Of a stretch of 64,000 nucleotides of DNA, positions 26,130 through 37,983 are shown in pieces. Origin of the DNA: Vicugna vicugna (Eukaryota). Position 1 is the stretch's first letter, and each line of letters begins with the position of its first letter. The notes beneath the pieces are model-generated. The model was not told where the DNA came from and searched no databases. It worked only from the letters and a program-made list of their open reading frames with translations. The translations under genes and the position numbers were made by a program. Where the stretch lies: positions 1,364,001-1,428,000 of the forward strand of contig MU058687.1 of the NCBI GenBank assembly GCA_013265495.1. The letters run 5' to 3'.

Positions 26130-26900
26130 GGCCCAGTTCCACGAATCTCCGCCTCCCTGCCCTCCCCGCTCCCGCCGGCTTCGCATCTCTAAGAACCGAG
26201 GTTAGCGCCTAGCCGCGCGCAAGCCGCACTCAGCCCCCAGACCCCGCGGATGATGTCAGGCGGCGGGAGTGGCCGCAGCCGCGCCAGGGAGGCCGAGGCC
26301 CCCGGGGAGTGAGGAGGGAGGGCGGCCTAGCCAGGCCGACGGCGCGCCCGGCCGCGCGGCGTCTCCTGGAGACGGCCCTGGCGGCGCAGTGTTGCTGTAA
26401 ACAGCCGCTTCCCTGTTACTATCTATAGCAGGATCGCCTGGCTCCGGGGTGCGGCGGCTGGAGGCAGGTCGGCGGTCCCGCTCCCCGCGCGTCCCAAAGG
26501 ATCCGCCCGCTGCCCTAATCCCGCCTCGCCCCTCTCCAGGTGCCCACCGTGACCCCCCCGGGCGCGAAGAGTCGGGGAAGGGACACCGGGGGCTATCCGG
26601 GGACCTGCGACTTCGGGTCCCGGAGGTGGCCGCCGCGCTGGGACCGAGCCAGGACAGGGTGACCCAGGCTGTCCTTTACACTGGAGCAGGAGGCAAGGAG
26701 TTTTGGGGGCGCAACCCACTAGTTAGCACCTTGCCCCAAAGCCCTGTTTTCCGGGCCATGGAGCGATGCCTGAGGTCCCAGCCGCCGAGGTCTGGGAGCT
26801 GCTGGGCACAGTCTTCCAGCGCCCCCGGTCCTCCCCCCTCCAAGTCCGCGCTGGAAAATCACTCGCTGCGGGCTCCCAATAACCAGCTTCCTGGGGGACC
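26130..26900. promoter_or_regulatory. CpG island 1-1.8 kb upstream of the FOS TSS
   Basis: Very GC- and CpG-rich block; forkhead GTAAACA near 26397 and MEF2-like sites at its edge. Confidence 0.8.
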
Positions 26901-27562
26901 GAACCACCCCCACCACCCCAGCTCAGACTTGCGCTTCCCCAAGAGCTCACTACATCCGGTACCCTGAACTGACGACCTTGTCCACATAACACCCCTACTT
27001 CCACCCCAGGCCCCAGGCCCGAGGTCAGAACCAGGCAAATGAACCCTTCAGACACCCTTGCATTGAGGTTCTGCATATTGTTTATTGGCTAGTGTCTCAG
27101 AGATTTGACAGTGACACTAACATCCCATATATGGCCGAGAAAAAAAAATCGCCTTTTTCCTTAAAAAAAAAATTATAATTGAAATACCCAGCATCGTAGA
27201 TAAAGTAGGTTATCGTATTCTCTTAATTTGGATACCCCGACTTTCTGCTTCTAAAAGCAGTAACAGTCCTCCTAGTAGTCCGGGAGCCTAGGGGTTTGAG
27301 GCGAGGGGGTGAGGGTCTGCTTCCACAGTTTGCACTGAATTAGGGTTTGAATGGGGAATGGGGGTGGAGACGCATTCCATCCAGAGCCGAGGCTTAAGTC
27401 CTCCAGGCTATGTACCTGTTTCGCCCATACCTGAGCTTCAGAACTGTTCCCTGGTTTCCATACACGGGCAAAAAGGCGCCCCCACCCCCCCCCCCGGGAG
27501 ACACCGCGGTCCCCGCCTCCCCCCGCGCTGCACCCTTGGTGTTGGCTGCAGCCCGCGAGCAG

Positions 27563-27572
27563 TTCCCGTCAA
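27563..27572 (+). promoter_or_regulatory. sis-inducible element (SIE, STAT site)
   Basis: TTCCCGTCAA, the c-fos SIE, in its usual position just upstream of the SRE. Confidence 0.95.
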
Positions 27573-27591
27573 TCCCTCCCTCCCCTTTACA

Positions 27592-27621
27592 CAGGATGTC
27601 CATATTAGGACATCTGCGTCA
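27592..27621 (+). promoter_or_regulatory. Serum response element: Ets/TCF site, CArG box and FAP (AP-1/CRE-like) site
   Basis: CAGGATGT (27592-27599), CCATATTAGG (27600-27609), TGCGTCA (27615-27621): the canonical c-fos SRE. Confidence 0.98.
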
Positions 27622-27849
27622 GCAGGTTTCCACGGCCGTTCCCTGCAGTCGTGGGGGGAATCATCCCCGAAGTCCCTCATCTTAAGGGCTCCATGCGACC
27701 TCTAAGACCCAGATGGAGAACTCTCAAAAGATAAAGAACACAACAAGACGGGAGGCAGGGGGCTGAGAGGACGGCGGAGGCGGCGAGAAGGCGACAGATG
27801 TGGCCAGGCACGCGCGCCACCCCTCGGGGGCCGCAATGGTTGCGCCCCG

Positions 27850-27857
27850 TGACGTGT
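27850..27857 (+). promoter_or_regulatory. Proximal Ca2+/cAMP response element (-60 CRE)
   Basis: TGACGTGT about 30 bp upstream of the TATA box, the position of the c-fos CaCRE. Confidence 0.9.
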
Positions 27858-27880
27858 TGGGCTCATTCAGAAAATGCTGT

Positions 27881-27887
27881 TATAAAA
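27881..27887 (+). promoter_or_regulatory. FOS TATA box; TSS expected near 27914
   Basis: TATAAAA followed by the conserved c-fos 5' sequence AACCGCATCTGCAGCG about 33 bp downstream. Confidence 0.95.
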
Positions 27888-28064
27888 GCAGTGGCTGCGG
27901 CGCCTAGTACTCCAACCGCATCTGCAGCGAGCAGCTGAGAAGCTGAGACAGAGCCGGCGGCGGCGCAGCGAGCGAGCAGCGACCGCTCTCTACCCAGCTC
28001 TGCCCCGCAGCTCCTACCTGTCTCCGCCCCTAAGCCCCTCGCCCGACTTTGACTACCTGAGATC

Positions 28065-28205
28065 ATGATGTTCTCCGGCTTCAACGCCGACTACGAGGCG
28101 TCATCCTCCCGCTGCAGCAGCGCCTCCCCGGCCGGGGACAATCTCTCCTACTACCACTCACCGGCCGACTCCTTCTCCAGCATGGGCTCTCCCGTCAATG
28201 CGCAG
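28065..28205 (+). CDS. FOS: c-Fos coding exon 1 (141 nt)
   Basis: Translates [47 protein letters not shown], the c-Fos N-terminus; ends at donor CAG|GTAAGG. Confidence 0.99.
28125..28138. promoter_or_regulatory. FIRE-like palindrome (fos intragenic regulatory element) in exon 1
   Basis: Perfect 14-bp palindrome TCCCCGGCCGGGGA inside the coding sequence. Confidence 0.75.
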
Positions 28206-28619
28206 GTAAGGCTGGCTTCGCGGCGCCTCGGGGCCCAAGGCTCGGGGTCACCCAGGAAGACACACCAGGGAGGAACTCTCAGGAAGACGAGTCGGGAACC
28301 CCTTTCCCTGGGGAGGGAGGCTTGCCCCGGCCGGAGTGCCCTATCTCGGGAGCCCCAGACTTGTTTGGAGTGCACGCACTCTTGTCATCATAAGAATTGG
28401 CTCTCCTTTCCAGCCGCGGGTTCATACTGAGCTGCCCCCGGCCCGCGCTCCCTGACTGGTCTCTGACACTAGCTGGGGCAAATGTGTCCCAGGCAAAGAC
28501 TCGTTAACTAGAGCCCGGCGCCTCAGGGAGGCAGCAAAAAGCGGCAATCTCCCCTCCCCTCGCAGCCTGGAGCAGGGAGGAGGGGTAAGGAAGGAGGGTG
28601 AAACTGGCGGGTGTGTAAG

Positions 28620-28745
28620 GCAGTTTCATTGATAAAAAGCGAGTTCATTCAGGAGACTCCGGAGCGGCGCCTGCGTCAGCGCAGACGTCAGGGATATTTA
28701 TAACAAACCCCCTTTCAAGCGAGTGATGCTGAAGGGATAACGGGA
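28620..28745 (+). promoter_or_regulatory. FOS intron-1 regulatory block (AP-1/CRE sites and TATA/MEF2-like element)
   Basis: TGCGTCA 28672-28678, AGACGTCA 28683-28690, TATTTATA 28695-28702; matches the described c-fos intronic promoter/elongation-control region. Confidence 0.8.
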
Positions 28746-28977
28746 ACGCAGCAGCAGGATGATGGAGGAGAAAGGCACCGCGCTGCGGAATTCCTAGGAA
28801 GAAATGGGGAGATCTTTCGTTCTCCATGAGGGGCATGTAAAAAGACTTGAGCAGTCCATGGCAGGACCGTTTCTCCTCCCTCTCCCTGCTGCATGCGGCA
28901 CTGGGAACTCGGCTCGCCCCACCTGCGTCCAGAACCTGCTCACTCACATCAGCTTTCTCCTTCTGTTTTCGTTCTAG

Positions 28978-29229
28978 GATTTCTGTACCGATCTGGCCGT
29001 CTCCAGTGCCAACTTCATCCCAACAGTGACTGCCATCTCGACCAGCCCGGACCTGCAGTGGCTGGTGCAGCCCACCCTGGTCTCCTCCGTGGCCCCATCC
29101 CAGACCAGAGCTCCCCACCCCTATGGAGTCCCCACTCCCTCGACTGGGGCTTACCCCAGGGCTGGAGTCGTGAAGACTATGACAGGAGGCAGAGCTCAGA
29201 GCATTGGCAGGAGGGGCAAGGTGGAACAG
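28978..29229 (+). CDS. FOS: c-Fos coding exon 2 (252 nt)
   Basis: Polypyrimidine tract and TAG acceptor; translates [32 protein letters not shown]...GRRGKVEQ; donor CAG|GTGAGG. Confidence 0.99.
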
Positions 29230-29638
29230 GTGAGGAGTTCTTGGCACCTTCTCTCTGTGGTTGAGGGGTGGGGATCGGCATTGGTGGAGTTGGGGGGCGC
29301 AGTGGACAGGGTGAAGCCATGCATAGAAATGACTACATAATCCTGAATGAGGAACCCTGGCTCCAAGCCCTTTCCATCCCAAGTCAGACTCCTATAGTCC
29401 CACCCCAAGAGGTACCATAATGCCTAGTTTCTTCCCTAATAGATTCCTATCTCATGCTTTTAGACTGGGCTCCTCTTTGTTCTCTTGCTGAGGATCTTAT
29501 TTGAAATGCAAGTCACACCCAGCCTGCAAACTGCAGGTTAGAAATGGCTTCAGAGAAGAGGTGCCAGAGGCTGGGAAGCTGCAGGAGCCAGTTTCACTGG
29601 GGTGCACAAATGGAGCTGATGACAGACACTGTTACTGA

Positions 29639-29806
<168 letters not shown>

Positions 29807-29893
29807 TAAGGGGAAAGTTGGAGATTGGGCATAAGGGAGCAGTGTCCTTGAGCAAGACTGTGTCTTACACTTTGCTTTATCCTCTCTCTCCAG

Positions 29894-30535
29894 GAAACAG
29901 ACCAATTAGAAGATGAGAAGTCCGCTTTGCAGACTGAGATTGCCAACCTGCTGAAGGAGAAGGAAAAACTAGAGTTCATCCTGGCAGCTCATCGACCTGC
30001 CTGCAAGATCCCTGATGACCTGGGTTTCCCAGAAGAGATGTCTGTGGCTTCCCTTGATCTGAGTGGGGGCCTGCCTGAGGCTGCCACCCCGGAATCCGAG
30101 GAGGCCTTCACCCTGCCCCTCCTCAATGACCCTGAGCCCAAGCCCTCAGTGGAGCCCGCCAAGAGCTCCAGCAGCATGGAGCTGAAGGCCGAGCCCTTTG
30201 ATGACTTCTTGTTCCCAGCATCGTCCAGGCCCAGCGGCTCTGAGACCGCGCGTTCTGTGCCAGACATGGACCTGTCTGGTTCCTTCTATGCAGCAGACTG
30301 GGAGCCCCTGCATGGTGGTTCCCTGGGGATGGGGCCCATAGCCACAGAGCTGGAGCCCCTGTGCACCCCAGTGGTCACCTGTACTCCCAGCTGCACTACT
30401 TACACGTCTTCCTTCGTCTTTACCTACCCCGAGGCTGACTCCTTCCCCAGCTGTGCAGCTGCTCACCGCAAGGGCAGCAGCAGCAACGAGCCTTCCTCTG
30501 ACTCGCTCAGCTCACCCACGCTGCTGGCCCTGTGA
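29894..30535 (+). CDS. FOS: c-Fos coding exon 4 (642 nt), leucine zipper and C-terminal transactivation domain
   Basis: Acceptor CTCTCCAG; translates [33 protein letters not shown]...FTYP...SSPTLLAL then TGA. The four exons total 1143 nt (380 aa) with no frameshift. Confidence 0.99.
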   Translation, partial: ETDQLEDEKSALQTEIANLLKEKEKLEFILAAHRPACKIPDDLGFPEEMSVASLDLSGGLPEAATPESEEAFTLPLLNDPEPKPSVEPAKSSSSMELKAEPFDDFLFPASSRPSGSETARSVPDMDLSGSFYAADWEPLHGGSLGMGPIATELEPLCTPVVTCTPSCTTYTSSFVFTYPEADSFPSCAAAHRKGSSSNEPSSDSLSSPTLLAL

Positions 30536-31156
30536 GCAGGCAGAGAGGGGAGGCAGCAGGCATGCCTGTGCCACTTCCTGAGCTGGTACATTACGGAGAG
30601 AACCACGTCTTCCCTCGAGGGTTCCTGCAGACCTAGGGAGGACATTATCTGTGCGTGAAACACACCAGGCTGTGGGCCTCAAGGACTTGAAAGCAACCAC
30701 GTGCGAACTCAAGTCCTTACCTCTTCCGGAGATGTAGCAAAACGCATGGAGTGTGTATTGTTCCCAGTGACACATCTGAGAGCTGGTAGTTAGTAGCATG
30801 TTGAGCCAGGCCTGGGTCTGTGTCTCTTTTCTCTTTCCCTTTAGTCTTCTCATAGCATTAACTAATCTATTGGGTTCATTATTGGAATTAACCTGGTGCT
30901 GGATATTTTCAAATTGTATCTAGTGCAGCTGATTTTAACAATAACTACTGTGTTCCTGGCAATAGTGTGTTCTGATTAGCAATGACCAATATTAAACTAA
31001 GAAAAGATATGACTTTATTTTCTAGTAGATAGAAATAAATAGCTATATCCATGTACTGTAGATTTTCTTCAACATCAATGTTCATTGTAATGTTACTGAT
31101 CATGCATTGTCGAGGTGGTCTGAATGTTCTGACATTAACAGTTTTCCATGAAAACG

Positions 31157-31225
31157 TTTTATTGTGTTTTTAATTTATTTATTAAGATGGATTCTCAGAT
31201 ATTTATATTTTTATTTTATTTTTTT
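31157..31225 (+). promoter_or_regulatory. AU-rich element in FOS 3' UTR
   Basis: TTTTATTGTGTTTTTAATTTATTTATTAAG...ATATTTATATTTTTATTTTATTTTTTT, with ATTTA pentamers and a U-rich tract; the classic c-fos ARE. Confidence 0.95.
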
Positions 31226-31309
31226 CTACCTTGAGGTCTTTTGACATGTGGAAAGTGAATCTGAATGAAAAATTTAAGCATTGTTTGCTTATTGTTCAAA
31301 GACATTGTC

Positions 31310-31315
31310 AATAAA
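31310..31315 (+). terminator. FOS polyadenylation signal
   Basis: AATAAA downstream of the ARE, followed by a T-rich element near 31349; cleavage expected around 31330-31340. Confidence 0.92.
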
Positions 31316-34229
31316 AGCATTTAAGTTGAATGCGACCAACTTCGTCCTCTTTTTATTCAGGAAGTTTTGTAAGATTCTGAGAGGTATTATTGGAGACCGG
31401 TTTGTCAAGAATGGGAAGCTTCTGGAAGGGACACACCCCTCTGTTTGATCCTTTATCAAAGAGAAAGAAACCCTAGAGCCGAGGTTGGAGTACTATACAA
31501 ATGTGTCTTCACTTTGCAGGGCTGAGAGTCTAATTACAGATTCTGGGAATGGAAAACTGCTTTGCAATAGCTTCTGTGGAAACGCATCTTCCCGCTTCTT
31601 TTTTTGGTTTGAAAGTCAAAGGGGGGACTATTTGAATCTAGTTGTGCTAATATTAAATTTAAATATCTTGGTCTTCTAGGAATCTTTTTAGCAAACAATT
31701 AAGCTTTGCAAAAACTACTTTAACTATTTATTGCCACAAAATCATGTGAAGGTTACTCCCGCCTTAAAGGAGAACAAATAGAAGAATGGTTAGAATGATG
31801 ACTTTCTCCATATTCCACTATTGGGACTGGAATCTTAACTTCCTCACTCATTGCTCTATTCATCAGGCTGAACTGCTTCTAAATACCTGGTTAAAAAAAA
31901 AGTATTCACTGGTTAGAAAAAAAAAAACCCACAACTTTTTAGTCCTTATCTCTAACATACATGCATTTAGTTGTATTATTTTTATTCTGGGAAGGAAAGG
32001 AGGGTTATCGTCCTACGCCTTAGTAATAAATGTGTTGTAATTTCTGAAGTTTCTTTCACATATGCCTGACGTTCAGTTTACACTGGGGGAAGAGAAAGCT
32101 GGCTCTGAGAATTTGAAAGAGATCTCAAACAGTACAAACAATGGTTGATCATTTGGTAAATATAAAGTTACATAATAGCTCCAGAAGGAGAAGTCAACAC
32201 GAGTGAATAGGCTTTAACTTAGAAACTTTATCATCTTAATGAAGAACACGACCTTTGTCTGGGACACGTCTGGTAATGGGGCACTTACACGCACAGGTAA
32301 AGACCATAAAGAGAGGGGACGGCGCCCTTCCCCCCCTGCTCTCTGCTATCAGACAGGCATGGTGCTCAGAAGCCAGAGCCCAGGTCTGCACACAGGCTGG
32401 GTGCAAGAGGAGCTTCAGGACCAGCCTTCTAATGCTTTGGTGATAATGAAAATCACTGGGTGGTTAGGAGATGTCATACTCAGCCAAGTTGAAAGTTTTA
32501 ATTTAATATGACAGTTCCATTGAGGTTGGTGTTCTCACCTGTGATCTCCCTGCTTCTCGCATAATAATTGACATTTACAAGCAACCTACTTTAGGCTCTT
32601 AAGAGCACTGATCTCTCACTCATCACTTACATATTATTTTCGCCTGTCGGGCAGTAATGAAAGTGGCCTTAGATTCCCTGTTTGTTGTTCAGAGGATAAG
32701 TTTTCTGGATCCCTTAGATATGACCTAAACTAAATACAGAATCACTATCACTAGAAACTAGACCTGAAGTCACAGCAAGAGATCTGAAGGAAGCCAGCTG
32801 GCTCCCTTACATGTACAGTGATAACAACCCATGGAAAGAGATCTCTCAGATGGGGAAGGGAGGCTGAACCTCTAGCCCTGGACACTACACTGTACTGCTC
32901 CTGGAGACCTGACTAATGGCCTCTGTCAGCCCTACCCTGATTATAGAGAGAGAGCATTGCTTTCCACTTGACAGCTCTGGACTCAAGCTAGACACAGACT
33001 CTTCCTCTAGTTCACCATAGCCCAGTTGAGACCAGGCAACTCTATCAACAAGACTGCACTGAAGGTCCAGAGGGAGGGATTTGCACACAGAGAATCTCTT
33101 TAATAGGCTTCTCAGAGGCTTGTTCTAGGGTCCACCATAGGGCTGACATCCTACCAAGCTCTCTGCCCACCGTTTTCATGGGATCAAGAGAAGAAAAGAA
33201 TTTCCCCTTTCTAGCCAAAGGGCTCCTTCCAAGTCCTCCTTTCCTGACTCAGGATTCAACAACTCCCATGGACAATGGACACTGGGAATGGCATCTTCCT
33301 TTCGGGAAAGACTCCGATCCCTACCCACAAGATATGGCCTTACGCTGGTCTCAACAAAATAACTATCCCAGGGCATCATGGTTCACTGATACAAAAGATA
33401 CTCGGATTATAGAAAGGGATGGGAATGAGGATGTGAGCTAGTTTAGCTCATCAATGGATTCCCCAGATGATTCAGTGCCTGGCACATAGTACAGGGTTAA
33501 CAAATATTTGTGGGGTGGATAAATGAATACATTCTACACTATTTCCACAAGCAGAAATATATTCCACACATACTCTCAAATTCTCCCGGCCCAGGACCTG
33601 TTCTGATATTAAGCAATGGGGATTTCACATCTTTTATATCCGGCTTCAAACACATACCCACTTCCATCTTTGGTTCCTGGAATTCCTCTGCTGCCTCCCC
33701 GGGGTTACTTCTGGGTTATTCAGTTTCAGAGTGAGTGCACTGCCATTGTACTTTCAGCTCCAGATGAATTTTAGATGAAAAAAGGGTAGAGGAAAAAAGT
33801 TATCTTTATATAATAGTGGATTGTAGATTCTGCATCATCTTTGCACATCCCTGCTTCCCACATAATCATCAGAATTAAAGGGTAGCATTTAACAATTTGT
33901 TCTAATAACAGTAATTTTGTATCAACAGCAACATTCCATGCGTGAATGAAAGGAAATCAATTATACTCTTTAATTAATGAATAAGGTAGAGACAGAGGCA
34001 AAGTAAAAGTTCTCAGATCATCACTCTAAGGAAATCAGTTGAAGTTTTGATGTTTTTCAAGTAAAAAAAAATCTAAAACAAAAATTCAGTCTTTAAACCA
34101 TGTGTGAGACTTCCTCCAAATACAGAATAATCAAATTCCTCACAACATCAACGAGATGTGAGCATCATTTGAATGCTGAATATTGGAGCGCTTTAGTCTG
34201 TGCTGTTTTGCTATAAATATTGAAGAGTT

Positions 34230-34700
34230 GATTTTTGACTCCTTTCCACTCTCATCTCCTGTCCTTCCCTGTAGGCACTCTGTTCACAGGTCTTCCTTCC
34301 CCTCCTGACACATAGCATGCATGTTCCTGCCGCAGGGCCTTTGCTCTTGCTGCCCCTTTGCCTGGGCCTCTTTTCCCCGCCTGGCTCCTTCCTGTCATTC
34401 AGGACTCAGTTCAAAGAACACCCCCTCCAAGAAGTCTTCCCAGGTCATCCTATCTAGAGCACTTCTACCCACACTCCCTCCCCATGACTCTGTACCTCAT
34501 TATCCTGCTTTTTTTTTTTTTTCACAGCCCATATCACTCTCTGCAACACCTAAATTATGTTTTCTTTTCATTTTAAACAAATTTCTGCCTTTCACCACTG
34601 GACTTGAGTTCCATGTGAGCAGGGACCTTTTTTTATTTCAATCACCTCTCTATCTCTAATGTCTATTTAGGCACTCAAATGCTTGTTAGATGAATGAAGA
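34230..34700 (+). mobile_element. L2 LINE 3' fragment
   Basis: CAGGGCCTTTGCTCTTGCTG...GAGTTCCATGTGAGCAGGGACC...TAGGCACTCAAATGCTTGTTAGATGAATGAA. Confidence 0.75.
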
Positions 34701-34862
34701 TAAATGAAATGTATGAAAATTACAGATAAAATTTTACAGAAATAAAAATTGCAAAATGTCTAAAGGGAGATAACCAGAACTTAACAGTGAAGATGAGCTG
34801 TGAGCTTTGTAGATTTCTTCCTGAGTGAATGAGCATGCCCCTTATTTAAAAAAAAATTCTTG

Positions 34863-35075
34863 GTAGGGAGGGATAAATTAGAAGTTTGGGATTAATAAGA
34901 TATAAACAACAAGGACCTACTGTATAGCACCGGGAACTATATTCAATTTCTTTTAGTAAACTATAATGGAAAATAATCTGAAAAAATATGTCTATATATA
35001 TATGTCTATGAATCACTTTGCTGTACACCTGACACTAACATTGTAAATCAACTACCCTTCAACAAAATTAAATTT
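34863..35075 (+). mobile_element. 5'-truncated L1 3' end (artiodactyl-type)
   Basis: GGATAAATTAGAAGTTTGGGATTAA...CTACTGTATAGCAC...CACTTTGCTGTACACCTGA; TSD AAAAAATTCTTG (34851-34862 and 35076-35087). Confidence 0.88.
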
Positions 35076-36437
35076 AAAAAATTCTTGTCAACAGTTCTAC
35101 AATATTAAGATGAGGAACTAGCTAGGTTGGGAAGGGATTTTAAGGGTACAAAAAGTACAAGTATACTGCAGGTCAGTGACACTTCTAGGCTAATTACAAA
35201 TTGAGAAACTTGTTTCAGTATCAAGCAAAGAATAGATATGTACGTAAATGTCAGTATAATCATCATCAGAGACAAACAAAACTGTGTTTTTCACTCTCAT
35301 TGATATAACATTTTCAGACTACCACACAAATCCGTTTGAGTTCATTGGTTCCTAGCAAGAAGTGTGTTAAATTATGAAACTTAGAATTTAGTCTGCATTA
35401 GAAGAATAGGGTTAGCTGCTCTCATGATCGTGACCAACATCAATGTCATTATCAGAGTCATCATTTACCAAGAATATGGCCAGACCTGAGGAAGAAAGAT
35501 GAGAATAAAGGGTATCAACTCTCGATGAATGAGTTCAAAGTCTCCGAAGGCTGCTGGCTGGAGAGGTTTCCGCTTTGCACACAGGAGAAAGCAACGGAGG
35601 CATAAACAGGGTTAGTTGTAAAGTAATTCATTTCAATGGCTCCACACACCCACTTAGGGGCTAATCTAAGCTGCCTTTCCTTTGCTCTCCTTGAGCCTTG
35701 TTCAGCAGCCCAAGAGGACAAAGAGCACAAGGGGCTCTGGCCTTTGTTGTCCCAGGGAGGCTGCCTGGCCTGATGGTCATCAGCTCTTCTTAATTAATAA
35801 GCTGTTTTCACTCTCAGCTCACACTGACATGGTGCGTAGGTTTGGTGCAGTCAGTTGATTAGAGCAGAGCCCAGAGTGGTTTGGTCATCAGTTATGTTAG
35901 AAGCAGGTCCATAGGACGGAGACCCTGCTGCATGGTGTGGAGCAAGAGGCAGCCCCTCTCTCATAAGGCTGAATGGCACTGGCCCCAGTTGCTGCCATGT
36001 TTACTTTGGGGAGCAATTTATGGTCAGCTCTGCAGAAACAACTATTCATTTTCAGGCTTTTGAGTTAATCATGAGACTGTCATTGCAGCTCGACTTATCA
36101 AAGCAATATGATAAATAAATAGGATTTGAGGAATTGGATCCAGTATAGCAGAGTGTTTCAAAGCCTAGGCTTAGCTTTGGATCCTGGCTCCTTGACCTTG
36201 GGCACTTTACTTCTCCTCTCTGCACATTATTTTCCTGATCTGTGAAAAGGAGACAATAATTGTATTCACCTCTTGGGGTTGTTGTGAGCATTAAATAAGT
36301 TAGTATGTATAGAGCTTATTACAGTGCCTGGGCACTCAGGGGTATTGTAAAAGTGTGAGCTACTATTTATCATCTTTATAATTTAGGGAGGTGGGGGGTC
36401 ATGGGTGAAAATATATACTCTCTAGAGCAAGCATGTA

Positions 36438-37260
36438 CTTCATTTCATTCGGTAAAAAGTTTCTAGGTGTCTATTCTGTATCAGGTGTTGGATTCAGATG
36501 TGAAGAAGATGCAGTCTTGTCCTCAAAGAGTTCCTGGTCAGTAAGGGAGAAAGACATGCAAACATGTCACACACACTGTAGCAATGAAAATTAACAGGAG
36601 GTGTATGTAACAGGGGTTACTAGAAGGAGGGAGAGATAAACTATCTGGTGGAATCTCTGAGAAAGTGACCTCTGATCTGGGCTTCAAAGATGGAAGGAAT
36701 TTGCTAGATTAGCAAGTGGCAGGTGGAGGATTCCAGGGGGCAGAGGGATATACACTGTAAAGGCAGAGACTCAGAAGACAACACACTTGGTTTTGGGGAC
36801 TATAAAATGTGGAGCTTGGGGAAGAGAGAGTGGGAGATGTCAACTGTAGAGCACCATACAATACATTTGATTTCATATACATCAGTATTGCAGCATCACA
36901 GTGGAGGGGGCTGGAGACAGGTCAAGAAGAGGTAACTGTGGCCAGATCATGAAGAGCCTGGTATTTACTTAGTTCAGTTGTGTGTAGGCTGAACCCAGGC
37001 AGTGGTGGTGGGAATGGGGAGGGAACAAGAAGTAATTAGGGAGTAGGGCTGTCAGGACTTGGTGATTGATTGAATGTGGGAGGTGAGGGAGAGGGAGGAA
37101 TCCAAGCTCACTCCCAGGCTTACCAGGCTTGACACACATGGAAGCTTGTGGTTCCCCAATGACATTGTGACTATAGGAAGAAAGCAGGTTTGGGGGAATA
37201 AGAAGGTAAGTTCTGTGTTGCACATGTCGAGTTTGAGATGCCTGTTGAATATCTAGGGTT
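36438..37260 (-). mobile_element. L2 LINE fragment
   Basis: Purine-rich reverse L2 motifs such as CAGGACTTGGTGATTGATTGAATGTGGGAGGTGAGGGAGAGGGAGGAATCCAAG and GAGTTTGAGATGCCTG. Confidence 0.75.
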
Positions 37261-37983
37261 GAGGGGATGTAGGCAGTTACAATTACATGGTAGAGGTTCT
37301 AGGATGTCAATTTATAGAGCTTGTCTGGAGGCATGTGGTTGGGCCAGAACCTGGAGCCTTAGGATATAATACTGATAATGGCTAACATTTCACACGTGCT
37401 TGCTATGTGCCAGGCTGTGCTACGTACTTTACAGGCAATGCTAAATCAGGGACCGTATTTGCTTTGCTAATCATTTTACCTCTAGCAACTTGCATGTAAT
37501 GGGTATGCAATAATTGTTTTGTTGAATGGATGCTCTCATTCAGTCCTCACCACAATCCTCTGAGGGAGATGTGATTAGGGTCCTCGTTTTACTGATAGGG
37601 AAATGATCCAGGATAGCTCAAAGAAGTTAACCGAGGTCACACAATTGCTAAGTAGCAGATTTGAAATCAGCTCTTTGTGACTCTAAAGTCCAAAGTGCTT
37701 AACTGCTTTGCTAGAATGTTAAAAATCTGCCCCCAAACATATACCTCTGTGATCTGGGGCGAGACTCTAACGGCTATGAGACTGTTTCCTCTACCAAATC
37801 AGGAATGGGTTTCAAAAATTTCAGACCTCCTCTCCAGGTTGAAAACATTGGTGACATCAGATGACAACTGTGGAAGTGCGTTGAAGGGACCCACAGTACA
37901 TTACTGAGGGTGGAAGGCCTGAACAATGTGTGCAGTGCTGCAGTGGGACACCCAGCAAGTCCCAGGTACAGGCAAAGACGGGG

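Noticed and set aside
26423..27076. Several overlapping ORFs up to 172 aa in the upstream CpG island
   Set aside because: Pro/Arg/Gly-rich translations reflecting stop-codon scarcity in GC-rich DNA.
28206..28430. ORF-track extension of FOS exon 1 (121 aa)
   Set aside because: Read-through past the canonical donor at 28205/28206 into intron 1.
28645..29382. 245-aa ORF antisense to FOS intron 1/exon 2
   Set aside because: No recognisable domain; long antisense ORFs are expected opposite GC-rich coding sequence; nothing in the sequence supports expression.
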